From the NCBI GenBank assembly GCA_964016885.1, contig OZ024741.1:104346001-104410000 (forward strand): DNA of 64,000 nt, in the 5' to 3' direction. Shown piece after piece: positions 52,401-64,000 of this stretch. Positions within the stretch are counted from its first letter, which is position 1. Every line of letters begins with the position of its first letter. This DNA comes from Eledone cirrhosa. Lineage: Eukaryota. Both the position numbers and the translations under genes were made by a program. The notes under the pieces were generated by a model. That model was not told where the DNA came from. It saw only the letters and a list, made by a program, of their open reading frames with translations, and did not search any database.

Positions 52401-52790
52401 TGCGCAGCCCTAACATGGTTAGTGTTATTGCTGTTGACGCAGTTGTTGCAATTCTTATTTATTGTGCTCATAATTTTGGCATTTATTATACTGGTTGGAT
52501 GCCCTTCCTAACACCAGCACCATTTTATAGCATGGACTGGATGCTTTTATTCGTGCCACCAGCACTAGAGAGTTTGTCTTACTGGACTCAGGGGCCCTCT
52601 TTATCCCTCCATTTTACAACATGCACTAGGTGCTTTTATTCGTGCCACCAGCACTAGAGGTTGTCTTACTGGACTCAGAGGCCCTATCCACCTCTCCATA
52701 TTACAGCATGGACTGGGTGTTTTTATTTGTGCCACCAGCACTAGGGAAGTTGTCTTACTGGACTTAGGGGACTTCTCTACCCTACACCAA
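49496..52790 (-). mobile_element. Near full-length RTE LINE (short-3'UTR type) with internal deletions; includes ORF start and putative 5' UTR
   Basis: ORFs 51872-52471 (VSTLNVG, CVQEVSW), 51107-51742 (QHRLV) and 50322-51233 (RT); PHD; (GAT)n tail at 49496. Confidence 0.93.
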
Positions 52791-53099
52791 TTTATTTGGA
52801 GTGGTAGCTCTTCTAGATGAGTTGCTTAAATTGCGGCTTATGGAGCCTCCTGTTTGCTCTATATCTTCACAAGGGAGTGGTTAGCATACAGTGTCGGGCA
52901 TGTATACCGAATATGGTAGGGGTGGGAGAACCGTAATGGCTGTTACATAGAATTTTAACAGAGTTTCCAAGTCACATACACACAAATATATAAATAAACA
53001 AATACAGCCATCTTTACGTAAAGTGAGAGCTTTCACTATCATTCAAGCCGTTACATATAATATTTAACATAATTTTGGAGATATGAGGAAAAGCAAAAC

Positions 53100-53490
53100 C
53101 TATATACACACATAATATGAAAGAGTACTAGTAGTATGTTCCAGTCAAAACCCCCCAATAAAATGCAAGCATAACTGACCAGATATAATGGTATGGGACA
53201 GAGAAAAGACGACATGCACAGTAGTGGAAGTCAGATGCCAACATAATATTAAGATTAGCAAAATGGAGAATATCTATGCAGAACTGAAAAATCTGCAGAT
53301 ACTCCACCCTAACTATACCTTCAGATTTATACCTGCGATAATTGGGACTTGGGTATATGTTATTAACTGCCTCAGTACAAATCTTGAAAAGCTGGACTTC
53401 TCAGAACCAGAAAGAACACAGCTAGTTAAGAAATTACAAGTACAATCCATTAATGGAACAGTAAAAAATATGTAAAACATTCCAAAAATT
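53100..53490 (+). mobile_element. R4-like LINE RLE domain (3' part of the element at 47600-49490)
   Basis: PDIMVWDREKTTCTVVEV, IYAELK, IPAIIG. Confidence 0.7.
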
Positions 53491-53949
53491 TTGCATCTAA
53501 TAACTGCATGTACACATGTACAGATACAAAGCATATGCACATGCACACATATAACTCAAAATATACACATCCACACATACATTAACTCTCTCTATTGGTA
53601 AAAATTTATAAAATTATGTAACCAGAACATACATACTCATAATTTAACATCAATTGTCCCTGCTAGCAAGGATTGGATAGGTTTTCACAGACTGAGTCAG
53701 TACTGAAGCAGAGTTACTGATCCCCCAGCTGAGCCTGGGTCTAGCATCTTGCTTACATACAATCTCATGCTCTACCACATGCATTTTTGGATGGCATCAA
53801 CACTAGGGAGATTGTCATGTCTTTGACACAACTGATGGGTCGTCTCAACCCTTCCTTTGGCAAGCTTTCTATGGCTGGATTCTCTTCCTATAATCTACAC
53901 TAGAGAGGTTTTTGTATTGTTGAATTGATTGAAGGGTTCTCTTGATCCT

Positions 53950-54465
53950 ATTTGGCATGGTGTCTACAGCATCATCAACCACCTTACACTACCCTATCCC
54001 AAGTCTTCCTGGGTTTGCATCATCCACAGATGCCAATCACTGAGATTTCTTTGCATTTCTTTATACAACTGTCATCTTTACACATCACATGTCTGTTCCA
54101 CTGCAGTCTTCTCTCTTGCATACTGTATCCAATTCCTCTTAGGCCAAGTTTTTCTCTTAGCTCATTTATACTGTGTCAGTCATGCACACTAACATTACAC
54201 ATCAATTGGAGCATATTTGCTTCATTTCTTTTTAGCCTTCTTAAGTCTTCTGCAGTCAAGACTCGCGTCTCACTGCCATGTAGCATTGTATTTCACATGT
54301 AGGTGTCATGCAGTCAACCTTTCATTATGAGAGAAGCCTTTTGTTTTAAGCAGAGGTACCAGCTCCCTGAACTTCTAGCCCGGCTATCACACTTTTAGAG
54401 CATTCCCCCCCCCCCCCCCCATTGCTGATTTGGTCACCTAGGTAACAAAAGCTATCAACAACTTT
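53950..54465 (-). mobile_element. RTE 3' coding fragment
   Basis: VVDSFCYLGDQISNGG, LHGSET. Confidence 0.8.
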
Positions 54466-54764
54466 ATCCATGTCGTTAGGAAAGATATCCAGTGGTAGAA
54501 ACCCCGCTAAAATAGAAAATAAGGGAGACATTACCGTTGACTTGTTTAAGAAGACAGTAGCTCCAATTAAGTACTTAGTCTTTAATGACTTATCCAATCC
54601 ATACTAGCATAGAAAAACAGATGTTAAATGATATGTAGAAGTAATAGTATTGGTGGTGAGACATGTTTATTACATAACTATTTTGCTTCTCATCCCAAAT
54701 ATGTTTTAATAATGTTACGATAAAATATTTAATTATATTATTTCTTTCTTTCTTTCTTTTTTAG

Positions 54765-54813
54765 CGGGTTTCATTGGACTCACTTTCCCTCCAACCTTCA
54801 TAAATATCTACAG
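54765..54813 (+). CDS. SELENOI: EPT1/SELENOI-like coding exon 6 (TGFIGLTFPPTFINIYR); gene continues beyond the window
   Basis: Strong polypyrimidine tract plus tag, gtaag donor, 49 nt, phase 1/2 compatible with exon 5; T.P....N..R pattern. Confidence 0.82.
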
Positions 54814-55169
54814 GTAAGCACTGTCTGTCTCTACTTTCTTGCTTCTGCTCTCTATCTCTCTTTTTCTTTCTCTCCTATGAGCAGAGGGTGGTCATACAAC
54901 CTGTCTGGTTTCAAAACATAACCTGTCAAACAACCAATGCAAAGTGATAATGATGACTGACGCACATGCACGCACACACACACACACACACACACTGTAT
55001 GCTATCAAAATAAGTGGTGTGGGTTTGATTCTCATGCACACTGATGCTCATTTGGTTTCCATTCTAGGAGCTTATACACTGTTGTTATTAGGCAGAAAAT
55101 ATGGCGAAATTATTAATATAATATAGTTTTCAAATTCCACTGCTGGCTTCTAGTTGACAAAAACTATGA

Positions 55170-55520
55170 AAGAGGAAGCCCTCGGAAAGGTTGGACTGAA
55201 GCAATAAAAGCTAACGTTGCCCAATTAAACCTCACATAGGAGATGACACTGGATTTAGATCTCTGGTGTTGTGCTATACTGCACAAGGCATGCCTTCTCA
55301 TGAGCACTGAATGAAACAAACATGTAGAGGACACTAGTCTGCACTAATCTTCTCTTCACCCTCGTCAGTTCACCCTGTAAGGTGTTTGTGCTGGTAACAT
55401 GACAAACAGCACCCAGTTCATCCTGTTAAATGGTCGTTTTGGTGCCATGAAAAAAAACATCCACTTGATACTGTAATGTGGTTGGTATTAAGAAGTATGG
55501 AAAAATAAATGTTAAATAAG
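55170..55520 (+). mobile_element. RTE 3' end, similar to 4500-5180
   Basis: gcccaattaaacctcaca..gagatga, gcactgaatgaaacaaacatgtaga shared with the 3575-5185 copy. Confidence 0.75.
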
Positions 55521-55714
55521 GGTGTGTGCATGTTAGCAACTGCTGTAATGAAATTTGTACATTAACCCCTTTAATGTGTAAGTTTATATCCTCTCAACTC
55601 CAGTCACTGTTTCTCAGAAATTATTTTCATTTTTCTGTTTGTTATTCAAGGGTAGTGGAGTTGGCACCTGTAATAACTTGGTGCATGTGTACTGAAGGTG
55701 AATTTAATGTATAC

Positions 55715-55910
55715 ATACATTTACCAGTAAGAATGTTGGTACATATGTACCCATGTTGAATTTAGTTGGGTACACTCATTTACTAGTAACAATTTTAGTA
55801 CATATGTACCTATGTTGGATTTATTAGGTACAAGTTTACTAACAACAATTTTGGTACGTGTATACTTATGCTGAATGTAGTGGGTATACATTTAACAGTA
55901 ACAATTCTGT
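55715..55910. repeat. Degenerate ~58-bp tandem repeat x3-4
   Basis: Recurring tttac.agtaacaatt..ggtacatatgtacc.atgttg. Confidence 0.7.
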
Positions 55911-56559
55911 TGCATCTGCATTTCATCTTTTTGAGGTTAGCAACGATGCAGTAATACTCAAGGGATTGAGATGGGAGTGGTCATGCCCTGTGGAATCTGA
56001 CATTTTGATAAAATAAACACCAGTAGTCTCATTGGAGTAAATATTTAAATGCTGGTGGTTAATCTTTAAGCTGTAGCGAGTGAAAGTTGCACTGTTATGG
56101 TTTTCTTTGACAATGGCAACTCAAGGAGGAGTAGGAGAAGCTTTGTCTAATTTTAGTTTAGTTATATTTCCAGTTTAACATTTTTCTAATTTGTAGCATA
56201 GACAACCATATACATTTCTAAAATGCAAACAATCACAGACATCTAGTGAGTTTCTGTTTTTCCTATGAATTTACTCTAGAATTGGCTTCTTTAATTACAC
56301 TCTAACTGAAAATCTGACTCCACCCCTCACCAACAGTAAACTGACGATGGAAAATTTAATCTGCCCTGCCAACAGTTATTGATTGGGCTACTCACATTAC
56401 AATTTATTCACTACCCACTCCTGCTCCACTCCTCCCAATGGGGTTCTTATATATTGGTTATTTTTAATAAGTTGGAAACCTTGAGCAAATCTTGAAATAA
56501 ATATGAAACCTAAATAATTTATGATTGAGAACAATCAAATATCTGTTTGTTTTTCACTG

Positions 56560-56592
<33 letters not shown>

Positions 56593-56683
56593 ATTGAACT
56601 TTCTTTCTTCTTTCCAATATAAAGCATGAAACTAATAAGACTTTTTGTACCTCTGTTTGTTGTCTCCTTGAACTATATATATA

Positions 56684-56930
56684 CTAGACCACCCGTGACC
56701 ATTTAATCACGCGTAATCTAGTTGTTACCTAAGCGGGATCTTTACCTGTCTGTCTTTAACTTGACTGTACTAAGGCTTTTTGGAAATGAAACGCAACGGT
56801 GAATGTGCTAGCGATCTGATTGGTTATCACAGAGCTGTTGGCTATTTATGAAGGTACCTTTAAAAACCCTGTATCTCGGGAACCTGTGCTCTGATTTACA
56901 CGAAACTTGTTTTATTTCATTTGTATTCCG

Positions 56931-56931
<1 letters not shown>
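56684..56931 (-). mobile_element. Short non-autonomous Helitron-like element in a (TA)n tract
   Basis: Minus strand A|TC start and cgtga-ttaaatgg-tcacg hairpin a few bases before CTAG|T. Confidence 0.5.
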
Positions 56932-56961
<30 letters not shown>

Positions 56962-56964
<3 letters not shown>

Positions 56965-57245
56965 AAGGCGCATGGCTTAGTGGTTAGAGCAGTAGGCTTG
57001 CAATCGAAAGGTTGCGAGCTCAATTCTCGGACCGGGTGATGCGTTGTTTCCTTGAGCAAGACACTTTATTTCACGTTGCTCCAGTTTACTCAGTTGAAAA
57101 TGAGTACCAGCAATAGCTGGAGGTTTAACCCTGCGATGGACTGGCGTCCTGTCCAGAGGGGAGTCTTGTATTCTCAGTCGCTTCACGCCATGAAACCGGG
57201 ATAAGCACCAGCCAAATAGGCCTTCTGGCTTAAGACAGACTTTAG
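56962..57245 (+). mobile_element. tRNA-derived SINE (family B) with a CORE-like block
   Basis: A-box tggcttagtgg, B-box-like gagctcaattc, tccttgagcaagacacttta, ctgcgatggactggcgtcctgtccag; tail ttagac repeats. Confidence 0.85.
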
Positions 57246-57351
57246 ACTTATGCTGCCCGCCAGCCAGTGGGATGGCGTCATCGTATGGCTAAAACAGCAC
57301 GTGCTGTGACCAGCGACGCCGAATGGCGCCCGACAGACTGGTCAGTCAAGG

Positions 57352-57446
57352 TTATATATATATATGTGTATATATATATATATATGTGTATATGTGTGTG
57401 TGTATTGAACTTTCTATGTATATGTGTGTGTACATATGTGTATGTA

Positions 57447-57489
<43 letters not shown>

Positions 57490-57730
57490 ACATGTGTATG
57501 TATATATATGTGTATATATGTGTATGTATATATGTGTGTATATATATATATATATGTGTGTGTGTACATGTGTATGTATATATATGTGTGTGTATATATA
57601 TGTGTGTATATATATATGTGTGTGTGTATATATATGTATATGTGTATATATATATGTGTATGTATATATGTGTATGTATATCTATGTGTATATGTGTATG
57701 TATATATATATGTGTATATATATGTGTACG
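57352..57730. repeat. (TA)/(TG) compound microsatellite
   Basis: Directly visible; another at 58134-58273. Confidence 0.95.
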
Positions 57731-57735
57731 AGAGA

Positions 57736-58133
57736 GATGACCCCTTAGCCTTTGTCAAGGCAGAATTCTAGGAGAAGGAAAACTCTGATATAACACCTGC
57801 ATCCCTGATGGTATCCAATGATGTTGACTTGTTCTTCTTTTTGGTAAATATCATCTTGGTTAAGAGAGTGGGACTGGCTTTGTGCAGTGCCTTTGCTCTC
57901 TATAAAAGCTTCACGGCACAGGCATTGCTTTATATCTGGAGATCTCTCTGCACTTGTCGTCACATAGTACAATGGGCCCAGCACTGTGTCAATAATTGTC
58001 ACAAGTGTAGTGTTTGTACCAGAGTTTTCAAGTCGCTGGCTGGACTAAAAAGTCACACTTGTTCAGCGCATCGGTAGGGGTTCTACATGGATATAAAGTA
58101 GTGGCCGTACTCGAAAACGAGTTGGCAGCCACC
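57736..58133 (+). mobile_element. Short non-autonomous RTE-derived element with a C2H2 zinc-finger remnant (copy 2)
   Basis: ggagaaggaaaactctga near the 5' end; HKCSVCTRVFKSLAGLKSHTCSAHR* near the 3' end. Confidence 0.7.
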
Positions 58134-58273
58134 ATATATGTGTATATGTGTGTGTATATATGTGTGTATATATGTGTATATGTATGTGTATATATATGTG
58201 TATATCTATGTGTATATATATCTGTATATATATCTGTATATACGTATGTATATATCTGTGTATATACATATAT

Positions 58274-59950
58274 AGCCCTGGCTTCTTTCTGCCCTCCCCC
58301 TTTTCATGGGAGAGTTTGAGTTCATTTTCAGTTTGAAACAGTGGTTGCTTCAAATGGGATTCCATCTTGTTCCTTACTTGTGTATGTAGCTGATTTGGGA
58401 TCTTCATTCTTCTTCTCATAATGATTCTCTTGTTCCTGGGAATAATATTCTTGTGTCTGTTGGCCTTTCTTTCCAGGACAAACTTGGAGCATATGGCTTG
58501 TATTATTTCCATGAATTGCTCAAGTTGTATGTTGACATCTTCTATAGAAAGACTGTCAGTCCAGTGTTGCTTCAGGAGCTCCTCTTGAATCTTATTCCAG
58601 TTAGCTTTGTGGAAGTTTAAGCTAGATTGAGACCGAGTGCTTCCTGTCAGCTATATATCTCCAGTCTTCCTTGCACTATACATTCCTAGTTCTACTATGA
58701 AAATCATTGTCACTTTCACATTGTGGATGAGCTCTCCGTGTTGTTTGTGAAGCAGAGATCCAGGGAATTCTCACCTCTTGTTGGATGAAGTACCATTTCT
58801 TCCATGAAGTGTCTATTTGTAAGGTCCAACGAGGATTCTGTTTTCCTTTGTTCAGGTGCCGTAATTCCTGAGAGGGGTTAAAATTTTTCTGCATTAGGAT
58901 GTTGAGACTCTAATTCAAATTTGTCAGCACTTCTTCAATCCTTCTGAGGCTATGTTCAAACGTATCCTCATGTCTGGGGACATCTGGTGGTCGATATGTG
59001 ACAGATATTACTATTTTGATTTGCCTTATGTGTACTATTAGCGTGTCACAGACCAAGTTGGAATGTGACAACAGTATTAATGATGTGACATCTTCACGGA
59101 TGTACAAAGGAACTCCACCATAAGTGCTCTCCCTCCTGTCAGTATGAAATGCAACATACTTTGGTATGTGTATTTCCACATTTGCTATGCTAGCTGTCAG
59201 GTGAGTTTCAGTTCGTGCCATGCATATTGCTTGATGGATTGTAGCTAGGTCTCTTAGGTAGGGGATCTTACTCATGCTGGTCAGTTTTACCAGGCCTCTG
59301 TCATTATTTAGTAGTAGCGCTGGTGTAACATTTGGGATGTTAGTAGTGGTTGTTGATATGGCATTTGCGTGAATATCAAGTGGCTACCCAGGGTTCTGTA
59401 TCTGTGGTGGTTGTGAGTGTTGATGTGACTGACTTTGTATCTGATGAAGCTGAGTCTCACAATATTTTTTGCTATTTTAAAAAAAGACTGTTGTTCTACA
59501 GCTACAGTCTGTACTGCTTCCACATACTCTCTCCTCTTCATTGGGGTAGTATGTATAACCTCAGTGTACTTCCTAGGCAGTGACCCTGTGTGCTGTGCTG
59601 TGTTGTGTACATATGTTGATTTTGGATAGAGTAGTTGCCATGAGCAGGTTGGATGCAGCTTGCATAGTCTGGGGTGAGCAAAACTGTAGTTTGTCCCAGC
59701 TTCACGATGCCAGCAGGTCCCTTTCTTGTCAAACTTACACAGTATTTGGGCTTTCTTTTTCCCAGGATCTCTGTTTTTCTTAGTTCTAGTCTTCTTTGCC
59801 TTAGAATCTATCCACTGGTCATCTGTCTGTTTATTTGCATTTTTCTTCTTATTGGGGTCTTCCTGGTGATTCTTTAGTTTACCTTTGCTACATTCCAGTG
59901 TTTCATTTTCATTTTTGTCTCTGATATCTATCATACCCCATCTCACTCTC
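58274..59950 (-). mobile_element. CR1-group LINE 5' half: ORF1 remnant plus APE endonuclease
   Basis: TETHL, DRRESTYGGV.LYI, TYRPPD, NFHKANW; upstream ORF with CKF..KG.C...FAHPRLC. Confidence 0.8.
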
Positions 59951-60268
59951 AGCGTTTTACAGATCCTTCCAGGCTTTACAATGTATCAGATTCAGAATAA
60001 ATAGGCTTACTGTAACAAATATCAATAAAAAACAAAATTTTAAAACCATACCGACCATTTTACCAGAACGTTAGATGTTCTTAATGTGTATATATTTTTA
60101 TTTTACAATGCTTTGAATCTGGTTTTTAAACAAGGAAATTACAGTTTTAACGATGATTTTTACAAATGAAAGAAAAACGATTTCAAGCAACCAGCTTATA
60201 TGAAACTATATATATTAGAGTATACAGTGGTAGCCATAACTGGATTCTGAAACCTAAAGTCATACATA

Positions 60269-61550
60269 CAGGGTGTGGACGATATTTGTTCACAAGATTA
60301 CTGTCTAGGAAAAAATAACACAGTAGTTTTATTTTTTAAGATATATTTATCAAACTTGGGTCAGTTTGTCTTCATGACTTGTTCTTTCGATCTCACTCGA
60401 TAAACTCGCCATTGGCTTTGATGACGGCCTCAAGGCGGCCTCGGAACCGGCTACAAGCCTTCGTCACTGTCCCCCGACTTAGGCCCCTAAAGGCACTTGT
60501 GATCCTGGCCTTCAGATCGTCTTTCATATTGCAGCTAGATCTGTTGGTGTCTAGTTCCACTGCACCCCACACAAAGAAGTCGAGGGGGTTGCAGTTAGGT
60601 GAGCTGGGAGGCCAGATGTCAGGTGAAGTGTGGTTGACGAAGTTCTCTGACAACCAGGCTTGGGTCTTTTGGCTGGTATGGCAGGGCGCTGAGTCTTGCT
60701 GCCATACGTACGGCCTACCTGCAGCTACCTGGTCAATCCAGGGCTTTACTACCTCACTCAGAATGCGGATGTAGCCATCGGTGTTCAGCTTGAGACTCTC
60801 AGGGAAGAAGTGAGGTGGCATGACGTCACCTTCACTGCTGACGACACCTAAGACCAATGTTGTCGCTGGAAACTTTGTCTGCATGACTCTGGGCACGTCT
60901 TTGGACGAGACCTGTTGTTCTGGGAGTTGATCTTCTGGTCTTGGCAGAAGTTTTTCTCGTTGGAGAAAAACCACAGCATGTCTGGCTCCAGTGGGTGTTT
61001 CAACTTGTTGATCAGCTTCTTTGCATGCTTCAGTCGCTTTTCTTGCATCGCATTTGACAGAAATTGTCCTTTCCTCATCTTTTATGAAACGTAGAGAATG
61101 TCTTCATGTACCACCAGCCTAATGAGCTTTTCATCCACGCCTTTCTCCCTTGCAATGGCACGCATCGACTTGCTAGGTTCATTGTTGATGATATCGTGAA
61201 CTTCAGCGATGAACTCGGGCGTCAGATCGTCGATCATGTGTTTTCCTCTCTGATGTTGCTTCGTAGTCAAATCCTGAACTTCCAATTCCTTTTTGACCTT
61301 TTCCACCACTCTCCTGCTGACGCTGAGAAAGTCTGAAATTTCCTTATTTGTCCTCCCGGTGCGGATTCCAAGAAGAACTCCGTGTCTCTTCTACAAATTT
61401 GGAGGTTCAAAATTATTCATAATCAATTCTGAAAATAAATAATGGAAATATAGTCACTGTTTTTATGAAAACAAAAGTGACAACGGAAGTAAAAAAAATT
61501 TGCATTAAATTAGCAGTTGAAAATTGCGAACAAATATCATCCACACCCTA
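60269..61550 (-). mobile_element. Tc1/mariner DD37D (maT-type) transposon, full length with a broken transposase
   Basis: 27-bp TIRs (cagggtgtggacgatatttgttcacaa / ttgcgaacaaatatcatccacacccta), TA on both sides; WFFSNEK, WQQDSAPCH, SPNCNPLD with 37 residues between the last two Asp. Confidence 0.93.
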
Positions 61551-61631
61551 TACATGTTAAGTGTATGAAATTTTAATTGTACTGTATATGTCGATCTATT
61601 TATCTGTGTGTATATATATATATATATATAC

Positions 61632-62100
61632 ACTAGCTGAGGTACCCGGTAATACCCGGAAGTAGGAGTATTCCCAGTTTCCATTAAAATACCCAATGCC
61701 TCTCAGACCAAAAATGAAATCAAAATATAGGACAGATAATCAAAAGCGAAGACAAATTCATTTATGAAACAGTAATACAAACAAATATTGTTGATTGCAT
61801 TGGTCAGACGAAAAAATGTTTGTTAGAGAAGTTGCTATAAGGAGAAAAATAGAACGCCTGTTAGGGTGTCTTAATATTATTGAAATTTTGTGAATAGGCA
61901 TCATATCTTGTCATTTACCTATGATTTAAATTTCATATAAATCGAAGGGAAAAGATTTTCAGTGGGGGGTTTTATGCCCCCGGGGAACCCTTTGACTAAA
62001 ATGAAATATACTTATCCAAGTACCCTGGGCAATGTAGTTTCAGAATATATATGGGGGTCTATCTCCAAAACCATAGGAGTTCGTGAAATCTTGTTCTATT
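61632..62100 (-). mobile_element. Putative non-autonomous Helitron-like element
   Basis: aCTAGctgaggtacccggtaatacccgg end next to (TA)n; other boundary uncertain. Confidence 0.4.
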
Positions 62101-62870
62101 TATTAACTATACACAATCCCCAGCTGTCCCTAGGTTCCACGCGCCGGTCAGTCCCAAAATCATACTGGGTGTAATCCACATAGGCAAGGTACATACATTC
62201 AAACCAGTCTATCACCATAATATGAAGACACTATCATCATCACCATCATCATCATCGTTTAACGTCCATCTTCCATGCTTGCATGGGTATCGTATATTAT
62301 ATAGCGAATGTATCCCAAGGGGTAGGTGGGACAATCAATCAGACAAATATACATATAGTGAATGGTAAATATGCAAAGAATTATTTAATGGAAAGTATTA
62401 TGTATCGGGGATGTAATAAGTAAAAGAATTTAGGTAAAGGATGAGTGACATAATACATCATAGTAATCATGGGAGTGAAAGATAAACGATAAACATAAAA
62501 ATATAGGAATACAAAATAACAAATAGGGCGTAACATAAACAAATAAACTGCAAAGCTCAAAAAATAGTAAAGCTTAGAAACAGTGAAGTTTTGAAAACAA
62601 AAGTTGAGCTTGAAAGTGTAGTTTGAAAAGAATAGAATACGGATAGTTGACATCAGGTGGGATGTAGTGCACAGCTTGAGCAGTACTGTCCATGCAGATA
62701 TCCAGAACCATAACGGTAGAACCCAATCAATATAAGGTAAAGGATGTCAGGAAGAGGAGACGTGTGGACATCTGAAAGAACTCGTAAAGTACTATGGAGC
62801 TTTGATTGCTCCAAGTGTGGATAGGTGTTAATTCGGGGCCTGGTCTGGTCCGAGTTATATATATATATAT

Positions 62871-63055
62871 GGCGGTGGATTGGCAGTATCGGTGGTGGGT
62901 CGGACGCCATGCTTTCCAGCATAGTTACGTCCCTTTACGATCTGAGTTCAAATCCCGCCGAGGTTGACTTTGCCTTTCATCCTTACGGGGTCGATAAAAT
63001 AAAGTACCAGTAATGCACTGGGTTATTCCTGGCCTTGTGCCTAAAGTAGAAACAG

Positions 63056-63058
<3 letters not shown>
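62871..63058 (+). mobile_element. SINE family A, full length, between (TA)n tracts
   Basis: ggcggtggattggcagtatcggt...ctgagttcaaatcccgccgagg...aaagtagaaacag. Confidence 0.9.
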
Positions 63059-63132
<74 letters not shown>

Positions 63133-63201
63133 TATTTATATATAAAAAGATAGATAGATATACATATATATGTATCTCCCCCCCCCCTCTCTCTCTCTCT
63201 C

Positions 63202-63365
63202 GTCATCATCATCAGTTAACGTCTATCTTCCATGCTAGCATGGGTTGGGCAGGTTTGAACTATTTTAGAGGCAAGTTGGGTTGGGTTGGGTGACCATGTC
63301 TCACTTATGTAGGACAGTTTCTGGCTGGTTTTCTACAGCTGGATGCCCTTCATAATGCCAACCTA
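63202..63365 (-). mobile_element. RTE-derived 3'-end fragment
   Basis: (CAT)n, ttaacgtctatcttccatgctagcatggg, ggatgcccttc. Confidence 0.8.
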
Positions 63366-63369
63366 TCAA

Positions 63370-63650
63370 TTAGTTAATCCTGTCACTATTGGAGTAATAT
63401 CTAGTAAGTATCACTTAGTTAGTCCTGTCACTGTTAAAATAATAACTAATGAATATTGATTAGTCAGCCCTGATACTGTTAAAGTAATAACCGAGTATCT
63501 TTAGTTAGTCTTGTCAATGAAGTAATGTCCAGATTGTCTAGTATCTATTGATAAATATCTAGTATCTTGGTTAGTGCTGTCAATGTTGAAGTAACATATA
63601 GTATCCATTAGTTAGTCCTGTCACTGTTGAATAAATATCTAGTTAGTGTC
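63370..63650. repeat. Degenerate ~45-bp minisatellite x6
   Basis: Recurring tagttagtcctgtcactgttgaagtaat. Confidence 0.8.
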
Positions 63651-64000
63651 TATGTCTATTAGTGTGTGCCAACCTTTACCTATGGTCATGGATTTTGTGT
63701 AATTACTGAAAGAATATGATTGCAAATACAAACGAATAAAATGGCATTCCTCTGAAGTGTCTATGGAGTAATGTTACTCGATAGAATGTGTAGCTTGCAG
63801 ATCAAAGAGTTGCTCCAGGTAAAGCCACTACTTCTCCGAATTGAGAGATTTCAGCCATGATATTATGAACGTGATTAGAAGATCTCAGAAAAGAATCGCT
63901 GGACAGATTTTATGGGCAAAACCAACTGGCAGGAGACCCAGGGGTAGACCCCGATAAAGATGATTGGATAACATCCATGAGCTTGGCTGGTCTGGCTTTG

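Noticed and set aside
56962-57040. tRNA gene
   Set aside because: tRNA-like A/B boxes continue into a SINE body, and the cloverleaf is imperfect; the same applies to SINE-A heads
57267-57771. Several overlapping Y/I/C/V-rich ORFs
   Set aside because: Translations of a (TA)/(TG) microsatellite
54814-64000. Further EPT1 exons
   Set aside because: No segment with suitable splice sites and family similarity found; the next exon is presumably downstream of the window

Overview
AT-rich, repeat-dense eukaryotic DNA. The mix of RTE LINEs, tRNA-SINEs and microsatellites looks cephalopod/octopus-like (inference). One host gene spans the window on the + strand: the first six coding exons of an ethanolaminephosphotransferase 1 (EPT1/SELENOI-type CDP-alcohol phosphotransferase) at 594-650, 29272-29340, 29968-30160, 32499-32761, 36091-36202 and 54765-54813. 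All have GT-AG boundaries and compatible phases, and the 3' exons lie beyond the window. The introns (up to 28.6 kb) are filled with mostly decayed mobile elements: many RTE-clade LINEs, L1/Tx1-, R4-, HERO/NeSL- and CR1-like LINEs, Penelope and Gypsy remnants, hAT and DD37D Tc1/mariner transposons, TTAA MITEs, Helitron-like ends, SINEs and long compound microsatellites. The most unusual signals are: (1) a complete C4HC3 PHD finger inserted inside the reverse transcriptase of the dominant RTE family; (2) an RTE subfamily whose long 3' UTR appears to be built from the 5' and 3' ends of a sister RTE; (3) a minimal hammerhead-ribozyme motif on the pre-mRNA strand; (4) fold-back SINE hairpins next to exon 4 and a ~1.9-kb inverted LINE pair that should form intronic dsRNA. 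Repeat boundaries are read by eye and approximate.
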